A stretch of DNA of 64,000 bases from Octopus vulgaris (taxonomy: Eukaryota), in contig OX597814.1 of NCBI GenBank assembly GCA_951406725.2, forward strand, positions 203,360,001-203,424,000. Direction: 5' to 3'. Positions 40,201-53,500 of this stretch are shown here, piece by piece. A program made the translations under genes and the position numbers. Numbering within the stretch: the stretch's first letter is position 1; every line of letters begins with the position of its first letter. The notes under the pieces are model-generated. The model was not told the origin of the DNA, made no database searches, and saw only the letters and a program-made list of their open reading frames with translations.

Positions 40201-43200
40201 CCGTAAGCTTGAACTCTAATATTAATCTAAATCCTTGTTTACCAAATTCAGTTGGACTGCCACCTGTTGCCATTAGTCATTTACCACCACCACCACCACC
40301 ACCACCACTACCACTACCAGCTGAAAGTAATGCAAACTTTTTAACTCGACCCTATGAAGTGAAACTTGAAAATTCAAGCTATAATGTTTTGAGTAATTAT
40401 GCATCAAGTAAAACACCTTCTCAGTCTCAACCTGTCATTCATAGTAGCAACAAAGATTTCAGTTCCTCTCAAAAGGAACAACTTCAAGCTGTTACATCAA
40501 TTGCTATTGCAGATATTACAGTAGGTAGTTTTAGTGATTCTAAAGTGTCTTTGACATCACAAAGTACTGTACAGAAACCTGTTGCACAGATAAGTTATTC
40601 GGCAGATAAATTGCATGTTGCAGATTCTATCACTCAGTCTCCAAAGATAGATAGTTGTCATAAACCAGGGCTTGAAAATCAATTATTAACTTCAGGCATT
40701 TCTGTAAAATCCACAGACTCTTCTGCTGAAGATTACAATAAATATTTTTCTTTGATAAGCAAACAAACATCCCAAATGAAGACAGTTGATGAACCAGCTC
40801 TACCAGTAACAAATTTAGCTCTTGAACATGTCCCAATCATAGAATCTTCTCATATAATTGAACCTGCTGAGACTAAGCAGAGAACATTAGTCAGTAGCCA
40901 TTTAGGAGAAGCAGAAGTTAGTTCCTCTGACTATTTATTGACAGAGCAATCAACGAAACTGGCAGTTAAAACAGAACAACCTTCACTTGAACAGTGTATA
41001 CCAGACTCTGACTGTACTGATCAGAAGAAAGGTAAAATTAACGAAACTGATATTAAAAATGAAAGTCAAGAGAAGAGAGTTCCTGCTGTTGTAAACACAA
41101 CAGATAGTCTTTGCCTAAAAGATAACTTTGAAGAAGAACTAATGGAAGTTGATTCTCCTGAAAGTTCTTGCTACATTGAGACAAACTTTAATATGTCTTC
41201 TGCTCCGAACGACAACCAAGGACAAACAGCTGACAATCGTGACGACCGTTCTATCATTTCCACTTCATGTAGCAATAGTCAGATTCAAGATATACAAACT
41301 GAAGTTCCACATGGAAAAACTGAAAATAAAGTTTATCTGAAGTCGGATTGCAAAGTAACAGATAGTTCAACGCTATCAAATCGAGAAAATGAAATTTCTT
41401 CTAGTGATATGCAGAAAACAAGCTGTGATATTCTTAACTCTGAGAACACTATTACTACAACTGGTAATGAAGAGAAAATCAAATTCTCTTCTCCAGATTT
41501 GTCAAATTCAGTGACAATTAGTAAATACTCAGAAAGCTCTCGTCAGGCATCTACTGACAACAAACACATAAAATTTCAGCATGTCATTCGTAGTATTACC
41601 ACAGACACTACTTATTCAGTTGATGTCACATCATCTGATGAAAAATTCCCCAAAATAAACAAACCAAAATTTCACGCTCTTCAGAAAGATAGACAAAATA
41701 TTCCAAAATTGGACACTTTATCTCCGAAGAATACTAGTCAGATCATTTCAAGTGGGAAAGAAATTAAGAGTGTCAAGGTTAGTGGTAGCAGACCAACATC
41801 ACGCTGGGATGTTTCTAATCCATCTCAAAGCAAGAACAGTGATATTGCAAAGTCATCTTCTGTTGCTACTTCAAGTGAAGTACAAAGTTCCAAATTACTG
41901 AATCAGAATATTTTTGAAATAATTGGTGAATCTAAAAATATTTTTCAGAAAGATAGTCAGAATCTTGTGTCTGTAACAAATACTAAAGTTGGTCAAGTAA
42001 GTGTACTGAAGGAGAGTGAGACTGTTAAAGAACAGACCATTTCAGTATTCCATGAAAGTCTTGAATCTGAATACCAAGATAAGGTTAGTAAGAGCCAATT
42101 GCCCAGCGTGAAGAAAGAAGAAAAGTTAAAAGTTGAACCAATACTTGAGCAGCCGTTCAAAGATACAGTGTTGTTGGAAACACAAGAACCTGTAAATGTT
42201 GAATTATCCAAAGTAAACAAGTTAAATGAATCAAAAGAGCCAACCGTACTAAGTTCAAATGAAGTTTCAGTAAATAGTAGTGACCAGCTTAAAGGAAAGA
42301 AGGAGGAAAACACTGAGGTGGCTGCAGAACAAACTAACGAAGAAGAGCTATTGGCAAGAAATGTTGATACCGTTTCATCTAAGACTGAACAGGCAAGTGA
42401 GATCAGTGTTAGTGAGGATACTGCAGAATGTTCTACACTTGCAGAAACCAGTGTAAGAAATGAAGACTGCAGTAGTAAAGATGAGGGCATTGAGTCACCA
42501 AATCAAGAAAAATCTGTTAAAGGTAGTAAAAGATCTGAGAGTGTGTCTCAGACATGTCTAACTCCTGCACCCAGAAGAAGCGGCCGCATTCGATCATTAG
42601 AAGAGAAGAGAGTTCGTGAGAAAGAAGGGAAAAAAGAGAAAGATTGCCGTACAAAGAAGGACAAGAAAGAGGTGAAGACAGATAAAGAAGCTGAAGATAA
42701 GGAGAAGCTTGTTCACGAAGATAAAAATATCGATGATCCAGGAACGAAGGATAATTCCATAAAAGAAGAGTTAGCAAAAGAAGCTGATGAGAGAAAAGAA
42801 CGAGAGGGTAGACGAACTAGAAACCGAGCCAGCAACAAAGAAGAGGAGGATCTAAAGGAAGAGATGGATAAAAAACGTCGAGATCTTAACAACAGACAGG
42901 TAAAAGAGGACACCAAGAAAGTGACGGAAATAGCAAAAGAGAAGCCAAAACGTCTTACTCGAAACAAAAAGCTTTTGGAGCCTGAAAAGACTAAATCAGA
43001 TCAGATTGGATCAGAAAATGAAATTAAACAAGATGAGTGTGAAGCTGCTATATTAAATGTTGCTTCTGATTGTTCACAAACAGATACAACCTCTTCTAAT
43101 TCAGTTAGCCAAATTAAAAAACCTTCGGCTGTTACAAGTAGCTATAGCCTGAACCCGACACAAAATAGTGCATCTTCTCTTCAGAAAGATTCATTCCAAA

Positions 43201-43984
43201 CCACTCCTACAACTACTGACCAACCAGCCATTAATAAAGAAACAAAGAAAGAAGATTCCCTTACATCATCACGCCCCTTAAAGGTCAAGTCAAGGTGGAG
43301 AAAAACAATGGAAGCTGAGTGGTTATCAGCCAGTGCACATATATCAAGTACATCAACTGACTTGTCCAGTAGTGTTAGTACTACTATACCTACCACACTA
43401 TCACCCCAAATCTCCCCTTCTTTGCAAACATTACCATCAGCAGCTATTGTGACATCTTTGCCATCTCTGCCACAAACATTAAGCAGCCCCTCATTACCAT
43501 CTTCTTCATGTGCTCAGCCATCTGATCTTACAGTACCTTTAGGATCTCAGGCCAGTATTCATCAGACACAACCAACAACTCTTCTACAGCAAGCAACACC
43601 TTCGTCGCTACAGCAGCCGTCCATTCAGATCTCTTCCTCTCAGATTTCTCCTCAACAGAAATGCCAACCAGTGGTTTCAACAACATTCCAAAGTTCAGAC
43701 GAAATCCTAATTAGCAGTAAGACTGCCTCAGCTAACAGCAGCATTATTGAAGATCATCGTAAGTCCTATTTACAAAAGCCAACAGTCGATACTATCTTAG
43801 AAGAAGAGGAGGAGGAAGAAGTAGAAGGGGAACGCAAAAACAAGGATGTAACTCTTCAAGAGGATGTAGCAAACCTAGTACCGTCATCGATCAAAGATAC
43901 TCCAAGTCGACCAGATGTGGAAGCGAACAAAGAAAATGATGGATCTTACGAGGAAATTACAGACAATATATATCTTACTGAAAG
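37226..43984 (+). CDS. SETD2: SETD2 giant exon (6759 nt): disordered N-terminal region ending ...YEEITDNIYLTER
   Basis: Stop-free ORF 37206-43988 (2260 aa). Acceptor ttgtttcag|G at 37225/6 and donor AG|gtgagt at 43984/5. The end (EEITDNIYLTER) resembles the pre-AWS segment of SETD2 (human IEENVYLTER, from memory). Pro-, Ser/Thr-, RS/RD- and KE-rich low-complexity tracts. Confidence 0.92.
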
Positions 43985-44055
43985 GTGAGTACAAACAGAA
44001 ATATATGTTTTTATCTTTGTTAATATTTATATTTTGGTGAGCTTCTGCTTATGTA

Positions 44056-45341
44056 TCGAGTCATCCCACAAGTTCTGTCCAAATATTGATTAAAGAAAAC
44101 AAGTGATCATATGTTATATTTAATTGAAATGTAATCATCAATGTACTTTCCCTGATTATCTATGACTTCCTTCCATCTGTTTACAAGCTTTTTAATCCCA
44201 TCAATGTAAAACTCTTTTGGTTTCAAAGCGAAGAACTCTGAAATATTAGTTTTGACCTCCTCCTGGCTTGCTAAAGTTATACCCTCCAAATGATTCTGTA
44301 AACTATGAAATAAATGGTAGTCTGAAGGAGCAAGGTTGGGAGAATAAGGTGGATGAGGAATTTTTTCCCAATCAAGCTCTTCGGTCTTTTGTGATGTGAT
44401 CTTTGCAGTGTGGGGTCACGCATTGTCCTCATGAAACATCACTCCTTTTCGATTCACTAAAGCGGGTCTTTTTTTCTTCAAGGCTTGGTTCAAACGCTCT
44501 AATTGCTGATAGTAGACTTGAGCATTGATTGTTGCATTAGGTGGTAACAATTCAAAGTGAATTACTCCTTTGCAATCCCACCAGATAGAGAGAACCTTTT
44601 TCCCATGAAGTTCCCTTCTCGGTTGTAGTTGAGCTTTTTCCCTTTTACCAAGCCACTGTTTACGTTGTTTAACATTTCAATAGAAGATCCATTTTTCGTC
44701 ACCAGTCACAAGTCTATCCAAAAAGGGTGAAATGAGTTTGCGAGAATGGAGAGAAGAGCAGATGTCAACTCGGGATTTGCAGTTGCTTTCAGACCATTCA
44801 TGAGGCACCCATTTTCCAAGTTTAGGAACCTTTCCAAGTTGTTGAAGATGACAATGAACAGTTGTGTGGTTTGAACTAAGCTTTATTGCCAATTATTCAA
44901 GTGATAATGCAGGATTTCCTTCAAGTAATGCCTCTAGGAGCTTATCATCAAACTCAACTGGACGTCCTGTTCAATCTTCATCTTCAAGGTTGAAATCTCC
45001 ACTTCTGAATTTTGCAAACCATCTTCTGCAAGTTCTTTCATTCAAGCATTCTTTCCCATAAACTGAGTGTATGTTTCAAATCGCTTTGGCTGCAGAGTTT
45101 CCTTTTTTGTACTCATAAAGCATTATGTGCCTCAAATGCTCTTTGGATACTTCCATATTAGAAAGGGTTTTAATCAAAGAAATTTTAATTCTATTATTCT
45201 GTAAAATAATATTTAATTAGTTTAAATGTACACAAATACATAAAAATAAATTTTAATTCCATTAGACATTCTAAAATACTATTAAATTTTATTCAATGTT
45301 AAAAAAGGTAAAATCGGACAAAACTTATTGGGATGACCTGA
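44056..45341 (-). mobile_element. Full-length mariner (DD34D-type) transposon, inactive
   Basis: About 1286 bp with imperfect TIRs (TCGAGTCATCCCACAAGTTCTGTCC / TCAGGTCATCCCAATAAGTTTTGTCC) and TA on both sides. Confidence 0.93.
44107..45156 (-). pseudogene. Mariner transposase pseudogene
   Basis: Translation MEVSKEHLRHIMLYEY...RRWFAKFRSGDFNLEDED*TGRP...WVPHE...VTGDEKWIFY*...HEDNA*PH...HPPYSPNLAPSDYHLF...GIKKLVNRW contains the WVPHEL- and YSPDLAP-like motifs and several in-frame stops. Confidence 0.93.
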
Positions 45342-47053
45342 TACATTGGTAAATGTAAGTAATGGTGGTTACAATGAAGGATTCTAAAATATGAAATGTT
45401 TATTTTTAAGGTTCAGTCAGTGAAATGTCATTGAAAATTCATAGGTCCACTAAGTTGTGTTTGTAAAGATTAGGCACTACATCAAAATACAAGGAAATAT
45501 ACTTAATTCTTACAACAATATGGCTGACAGTTATTTTGAAGTTTTGGTTTTATAGCCTTCATCAGGCTGTAAATAACTTTGGTTTTCTTAGTCTTGTAGC
45601 TTTTTTTTTAAAGGGTTCATCTTGTGAGAGAACCAAAGTAAATGGAAAGTGGTTGTGTATATTTTTATTGGTATAGCTTTATGGTTGATTTGATTGGGTA
45701 GGTAGAAACTACTTTATTAGGAAAAAGAAGTAGCAATAGAATAAGGATGAGTGGAAGAAGGAATGGTGAAGATTTTTTTCTGGTTTGACAGCTGAATCTA
45801 TGTAGAGACTATTTGAGTGGTTAAAGGGATTATTATGTTGTTCATTCGGTCATGTATGTAAATAGACTGAAAGTGAAATGAAATATATTTTGATCTTAAT
45901 GCTAATTCTCTTAATGATCTAAGTTTCTTATTTTTGCTCAGCTCCAAATGAGTTCTGAATAAGCCAACCTATAATCCAAGGAATTCCAGCCATGACAATC
46001 TCTGCTTATTTTAAAACATTGTATATATGACTACATTATCCAACATGTGCTTCTTAATCTTGCTGAGCTCTACCATCAACATTATATTGATATCAAGCTA
46101 ACATGGAGACTCAATAGTCAAAAGAAATTATTGATGAATTTGAACAGTAAAGCTAATATTACACTATGACCTTTGCCAAAAAGCTGAAATCAGTAATTCA
46201 CCAATGTGATGGGCCACAATAATGTGCAAGAAGAGAGATAGTTCTGCCATCAAAAATAATGGCTTGTTAACTTACAGGCTTGTTTTATTAGTTCATTGAA
46301 CAGTTAGCACAATTGGCAACTATGGGTCCCATCAATCTGTGGACAACTTTAACAAATATTGAGGTGATGTAAATAGTTCCATTACCAAATACTAAAAGTT
46401 CTCTCAAATACTTTCATTCTTTTAATACAAACATATGTACTGGCTGTGACAATTCATTTGTTAAGATTTACAGCTGTTTTTCCATGTTGGCATGGATTAG
46501 ATGAAACTCATTGAAGCAGATTTTCTGTGACCAGATGCTCCTGTTGTCACCAACCCTTACCTGTTTTCCAGGTAAGGTGTGTCCCCACCATCTCCCCACC
46601 ATCCAATTATGCATGCTGAAAACTGAAACTGAAATTCTTTCATTAGCTGGTAAACAAAAACAGTTTTTTTGTTTTTTTTTAATGCTCAGACAGTGTTAAT
46701 GAGGTTACATGGAACAGCATGCACACATTTACACATTGATACATATGTACTCACATTCGCACAACTCTTGTGTTTCCATCTACCAAAATAATCTTCAAGG
46801 AATTTCCTCAAGGCTATAGTAAACACTTCACCAAGGTAGCTTCCTTTAGTGAATCCACAGCATCATAAACAGAAGTCACCTGTGATTGGTTGGTACCTAA
46901 CTAATTGTGATGCTTTTTCACTTGTATTATCCTTTTTTTTTTTAAATCTTGACATTTAATAAGAAAAGTATTTAGAGAATGGACATGTTTGATACTGAAA
47001 CTATTTACATTACTAATTATGCCTTCGATATTCCTCCATAGTTAACACTGACA

Positions 47054-47281
47054 TTAATCCTATAGAATTCCGATCACTCTGTCAAACGTAATGCTTATTT
47101 ATTCACGTTGTTTTGAAGTAATCATGCATTACCTCATAGCTTTGACATTTCAATAATGTGATGGTATATTTTTAGCATGGCATTGTTGGGTAGGTGTGAA
47201 AGGCTGAATCTGACTGGCTTGAGCATAAAACAGGTAGAATATTTGGGTCTGGTATGCCTAGTTTAAATGCTAAAGGGTTAA
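47054..47281. mobile_element. piggyBac-type MITE (family 1)
   Basis: TTAA ends with AAAGGG-TTAA on the right. Homologous to 4363-4590. Confidence 0.7.
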
Positions 47282-47374
47282 ATTGAAAGGACCTATAATC
47301 ACTGGTAGCATCATGTATTTACAAAAATATTACTATACTATTTACAAAATACTCAAGGATTTATATGAAACTAT

Positions 47375-48590
47375 TATTCTTTCATCACAGTGTTTGTAGT
47401 AAAATTGCAGGCTCTTGCTCTCTCCTTGTTTGTCAGTGAGAACAGTGTGATAAACATGTCATCCTTCCACTCATTGTCATTTTACTTTTCACTTCTTCTG
47501 TATATGTCATTTGACAGCCTTATACTTCCACACTTCATAGCATGACAGTGAACAATAATTCTAAGCTCATCATCAGGTTTCATGTGGACATGAGTTAAGT
47601 CAACTTTGAATATCGAATGATTTATATTTATTTTTTAATATTGCAATTTTTGTTGCAAATATTTGTTAATCTGCTTGCTACCATATATCTGTGGAAATAC
47701 AATGCTTTTATTACACTTAATTTTGAAAATAATTAGAAATTTAGCAAAATAACTTTGTCATAATTAACCTGATGTTTAGAACATTAATTAGCATGAAATT
47801 TTGTTGGAGAGTTTTAACTTAGATCACTTTAAGACATGATGTTTGTATCATAGACCTAGGGGGCAATCTTAGGCAGTTTGGTATTGAAGGAGTTAATTAT
47901 AAGTTTATATATATATACACATACACATATTGTTTTGTTTTAATAGTTTCGGAGAGCTTACATGTTTTATAGTCATATATGCATATACACATACAAACAT
48001 TAGAAGATTTGGTCTGTCTCCATTCCATTACAGTATGAACTGTAAATGGTGTTGGCCATAATGATGATTGTGAGTGTAGAATTTCAAGCTTCACTATACT
48101 ATTTCTTTTGTGATTAGTTCAGAATGGGTTTCATTGCAAAGTTGTCAATGTTTTAACAACTGTAAATGTCACTTAAGATCTTGTTATTCATGCAAATATA
48201 AATTCTTTTATTTTTTATTTTTTTTATATAGTTTTCTTTCTTACTTAAATGTATTCAGATTTCACTCTATTATTTCCTCTCACGGGATGAAACAATTTGG
48301 TGTAGATGTTTATGCAAGCAATTTGGCACAACTGACTGGACATTCAACCTGTTTTAGCAACAGTACTTTTTGGCAGTGGAAGCAAATGCACACACACACA
48401 CACACATTTGGATAGAAAGAGTGAGAGAGACAGGCAGAAGATATTTCTTTTTCTCTATTCTTTCATCACAGAGTTTGTAGTAATAGAGCAGGCTCTCACT
48501 TTCTCCCTGTTTGTCAGTGAGAACAGTGTGATAAACACTTCATCCTTCCACTCACTGTCATTTTACTTGTCACTTTTTCTGTGTATGTCA
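47375..48590. repeat. Pair of ~135-bp direct repeats (47375-47509 and 48456-48590)
   Basis: Ungapped alignment at offset 1081, roughly 85% identical by eye. Confidence 0.85.
47666..47896. mobile_element. piggyBac-type MITE (family 2), decayed
   Basis: TTAA at both ends and internal similarity to 11535-11740. Confidence 0.55.
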
Positions 48591-50911
48591 AATGATATAC
48601 ACAGAGATGGAGAGTGTGTGAGGAGAATGAAACATTAAAATGTCTATCAAATAGGTATGTCATATAAGCAACACCAAAATGGCTGTGTCCAAATATCTCA
48701 TACCCTCCCACATCATTAACCTATAATCTGTCATAGATCATCCATTAGGCTTTACTTTAATCATACTTACCAATTTTTCTGTAAACATTAGCCAGCGTCT
48801 CTTTTTTTTCCTCCTTAATTTTGTCCTAAAAACAATTCACATGTACTCAGCAATTTATATCAAACTTTAACTCATTCCTTATATGAAGGGTGTAAATCTT
48901 TTTCCAGTTTGGAAAATGTATGTAGTGATCTTTGTTAGCATAATTGACTGAAACAAATCTAAAACATTAAGAACAAACGGATACACACATATAATATTCT
49001 AGTTTTATCAACAATATCTGAGATCAATGAACCAGTTGATTCTGTTTTATTTTTTAGGCAGTTTAATCAAATGTTGTTCTTGTTTCCAGTTCAAATTTAC
49101 AATTGGTACAATGTTTATTAGGAGATAGCAACTGAGACCTTGAAAGTGCCTTCCAGTGAAGACCTGCCAGTCTTTTCTCTTTCAACAACCAGAAAACACA
49201 AAACACTGCACACAAATAAACCCCAATGCACCTCATCCTATTCCTAAAATATGAGCAGCATGTAACTATGTCTATCGTGTGTGTGATTTTATAACATCCA
49301 TCTTCCATGCTGGCGTGGATTGGATACTTTGACAGGATCCAATGGACTGTCGTGCTCCAATGTCTGTTTTTGCATGGTTTCTATGGCTGGATGCCATTCC
49401 TTTTCCTGACACCAGCATTTGTGAGATTGCCCTGTAGCTTGCATGACTAAGATCTCAATCAACTGAGTGGGGCTAAAATTAAGAAATTGGCAGCCTTATG
49501 TATAAATAACATAAATTTCACTGAATTGGCATGGGATTTATCAGCCTATTTGATCATCCAAACTACAAATAAAACTGTCATGAACTTAGTAAATACAATA
49601 TTAGTAATGTTATTATTGCTGGAGATAGTGATTTCTCATGGATTTCTAGAGGTGGGGGTGTCTTTTTTTTTTTTTTTTTTTTTTTTAAGAATCTAGAATC
49701 CAATGCCTCAAGATAGTTTAAATTTTAAAGTTGTGTTTAGAGTGAATAAATAAATTGCTTAGTAAATAGCAAATTAAAAATGCTGCCTAATTGGGTTAAG
49801 ACCATTTAACAAGTTACAACTGTATAACTGGGAATTGTTTATGCAGATATCTATGTCTAAGTACTAGTAAATTTCTCATGACATCTACAAATATATTTTG
49901 GCTAGATAACAGTAATTAGCCAAACACATTCCATTTAAATTAACATGGAAGATATTGAAGCAAAATATGGCTTCAAGAATTTCAAAGGCATTCCATTTAA
50001 TTTGTAAATCATGATTCTGAATATTGATAATGTCTAACCAAGAGATGGGCTGAATACAATCCAGTAAAATCATACAGTTAAAGTGTCTCACCTCTAGATT
50101 AAGTGTTCAGCACATGCTGTAATTCATATTAATGAGCAAAAGCATTTTTTTTTTAGTTTTATATCATTATTTTGTATTATGGTACATACATACACAGTTG
50201 TCACTTGCAATTAAGTATGACTTGGTGGCATGTACCATCATTTCATTAATTGTTTTAGGTGCCCCTATAATAATCTCAAGCAAACATAGACACTACTCAC
50301 GTATCAATTATATATAAAGAATCTTTAGATGCTGGGCCTCATTGAGAAAGATGATAAGGGACTGGGTCTTGTGGCAATTTGCTGTACCTGAGAAGACATG
50401 TCACGCTAAGTAAAATTGTGACCATCTATAAATACAGGCATGTCCTTTATTGCCATGCCCCACTCCCCTCTCCCAGCTGAGAGATCTTTATCTTGCTGGT
50501 GCCAGGGCCATGAAAAATGCATTTGTGCCAGTGCTGCATAAATACCCTCATGCTGGTGGCACATAAAAAGCACCCAGCACACTCTGTAAAGTGGTTGGCG
50601 TTAGGAAGGGCTTCCAGCAGTAGAAACTGTGCTGAAGCAGACATTTGGGGTCTCAACAGCTCTTGTCAAACCGTTCAACCCATGCCAGCATGGAAAACAG
50701 TTGTTAAATAGTGATGATTTTATATATATATATATAATACACACACACACATATATATCATCATTGTTTTAATGTCTGCCTTCCATGCTGACATGGGTGA
50801 AGCATTTTTAATTTACAACTGCATAGAAGGCTTGTTAGTTGTTGGGAGCTTATATTATTTTGGAAACTTAATCTGCAGTCGAGGTTGGTGTTACAAAAGC
50901 ATAGTAACCAA

Positions 50912-51517
50912 AGTATGGATGCAATGGAAAAAGATCTGGGGGCAATAACCTTTGTTGACAACAAAATAATTATATCTAAGTGAAGGGTAGACTGATTCCT
51001 CTGTACAAATTGAAATATTACATGATAATGAGACATGATCTTTCAATGTGGAAGATTTACTAGAGCATGATGATAACCGAGGCCTAATGGATGTGTATTG
51101 AGAGAGAAAAACCAGGCATTAAAGGTATTTGCTATATTGTACAAGAGGAAAGATTGAAATAGTATGTGCATATGATGCTTATGAAAAATGATTGGCTTTT
51201 TCTCCCTGCATCATCTGACAATGTTACACCTGACTATCATTTTTCATAAGCATCATATGCACATACTATTTCAATCTTTCCTCTTGTACAATATAGCAAA
51301 TACCTTTAATGCCTGATTTTTCTCTCTCAATACACATCCATTAGGCCTCGGTTACCATCATGCTCTAGTAAATCTTCCACATTGAAAGATCATGTCTCAT
51401 TATCATGTAATATTTCAATTTGTACAGAGGAATCAGTCTACCCTTCACTTAGATATAATTATTTTGTTGTGAACAAAGGTTATTGCCCCCCAGATCTTTT
51501 TCCATTGCATCCATACT
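50912..51517. repeat. Inverted duplication: ~281-bp arms (50912-51192 / 51236-51517), 43-nt spacer
   Basis: The arms are reverse complements with about 4 differences. The duplicated sequence is a decayed RTE-like fragment related to ~16000-16200. Confidence 0.93.
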
Positions 51518-51869
51518 GTCAATGCAGAAGTAGGTAGTTTGATCTCAGAATGAGAAATGGTGTGATGCTGTAGTAAATTTGGTCCATCTAACCCATGCTG
51601 GTATGGAAAAGTAGATGTGAAAATAACGATATTGCTGTTGCTGATGATGAATCCTGTTCAATAGCTTCATAGCAAAATGACTTAAATCAATGTTTGTTAC
51701 AGGAGTGCAAGAAAAGAAAGTAGAAGGGTTAATTTTAACCCCATAATGCAAAACTACATTGTATGGGCCTTTTGGTGTTTAGCAACAACAAATCATGCAA
51801 TTGTATTGACATGGCATTGATGTTGTATGGAGTATACCCTTTAGGGTACATATACATACACTGTGTGTG

Positions 51870-53500
51870 TGTGTGTTGATTCATGCAAATACACATGAGG
51901 AAATTTGCTCTCCTCAAAAGAACTGGGTGGCATTTACCCAGTACTACAATTTTTTGCAAAACCATTGTCTGAACTGTGATGAATACTTTCATACACCAAG
52001 ACTGCCCTCAAGCTTTCCTATATCCCAAACTGCCGCTCGTGTTCAACTTGGCAGAATCCTCTTTTCCTTCAGTCCTCAACTGCAATAACATCACAGTGAA
52101 CTGTATCCCTGAGGAAAAGGCTCTGTACACACATGGTATATCCTCTTCAACACCATCAGATTACCATATTGAGTACATACACACCAAGTGCCAAAAAACC
52201 CCCTTCTGCTCACCTCAAACCAACAAAGCTATCGGCCCTAACAATGTCCTTCTCATTACCCTTAAGCATTTCTCCCTCATCCCACCTAGCTAGCTCTTGT
52301 ATTCACCTAGCTCTTCAATCTCTCCTTAGAAATATACATTGGTCTTTGGAAATGTTCTACAGTATCTCATTTCCAAGAAAAGCAACTCCTCTGTCCCTGT
52401 TAACTATTATCCTCTCAGACTTTCTTCCAGTATTGCAAAGGAACTGGAAACAGCATTAATGAAAGCTTTCCAACAACTGCAATTCTTCTTCCTTAAATGA
52501 TCACTAGTACGGCTTCCATAAAGCCAGATCTGTTGGAGATCTGATTTGCTCTCTAATGCCATGTGCCACTGGACTCTTTCTTTAAAGAAATTTGAAGGTA
52601 AAATTGTTGCTCTCAACATCAGTATAGCTTTTGATCCTGTTTGGCATATGAAACTCTTGTGTTGACAGAGAGCCTTCTGTCCCACACTCTCAATTTAGGT
52701 GTGCACTAAGGTTTGGTTTTACCTCCCATTTCCTTCCTTCTATACATCAACCTCCATGCCATCGCACCTGGCAACACCCACTTTTATGCAGTTAGTGCTG
52801 ACTTTTAAATGTTCACCCCTCAACTTCTCCAACCATGAAACATCAGCCACATCCAACTTAGACACTGCATATCTAACTTGCACTGATTCCTTCAACAGGG
52901 GCCTCAAAAGTGTCTTCCCACCTAGATAGACATGCCAATCTTTCTCTTTCAGCAAAAAAATACCAGCATTACATGTATGAAGAAAGCATCAATGTACCTC
53001 AACCTACCCTTCCTTAAACATTAACATTACAAAATTAGATCCCTTGTAGTTGCTCCAAATGTTAGGCTGTGCTATCACCAATGCTCTCTTCCTCTCTCTT
53101 GGCAAAAGCACATTTTTTAAAAGCTAGGGCTTCATCTCAAACATTGGTCTTTCTCTTCAGGACCAGGAAGCTCTTGGGTTCTCAACAATTATTGACTTTT
53201 ATAAATCCCAGGTGAGGGCCCAAAATCATGCATTGTTCTCACATCTGGAACAGTGTGCTTCTGAAGCACACACAGACATCCTAGAGCACATGCAGAGAAA
53301 GGCCACTTGACTGCTTGATATAAAGTCACTCACGAACATGATCCAGCTTCTGGTCCGCATGTTAACTGTTTTCTGCTGCTACCATAACGGCCTCTGCTCT
53401 TCAGAACCTTCCTGTCTTGGGCCACTTTCACTCAGGCTCTCCTCATCACTCACGTTGTGTCCTACAGCCAAGGCCCCCACACTAACCACTGCATCACTTG
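51870..53500 (+). mobile_element. Decayed LINE reverse transcriptase (CR1/L2/Jockey group)
   Basis: Fragments KAIGPNNV (KAPGPD-like), VALNISIAFDPVWH (LDISKAFDxVWH-like) and FYKSQVR...CSHIWN (LYKxQIRPxMEYCSHIW-like), with many frameshifts. A related MEHCSHIC fragment is at ~15287. Confidence 0.7.

Noticed and set aside
37306-43396. Alternate-frame and antisense ORFs inside the giant exon
   Set aside because: These are expected shadows of a long biased coding sequence, and none has its own signals.
43985-45341. SETMAR-like SET-mariner fusion
   Set aside because: The transposase is antisense, lies upstream of the SET domain and has multiple stops.
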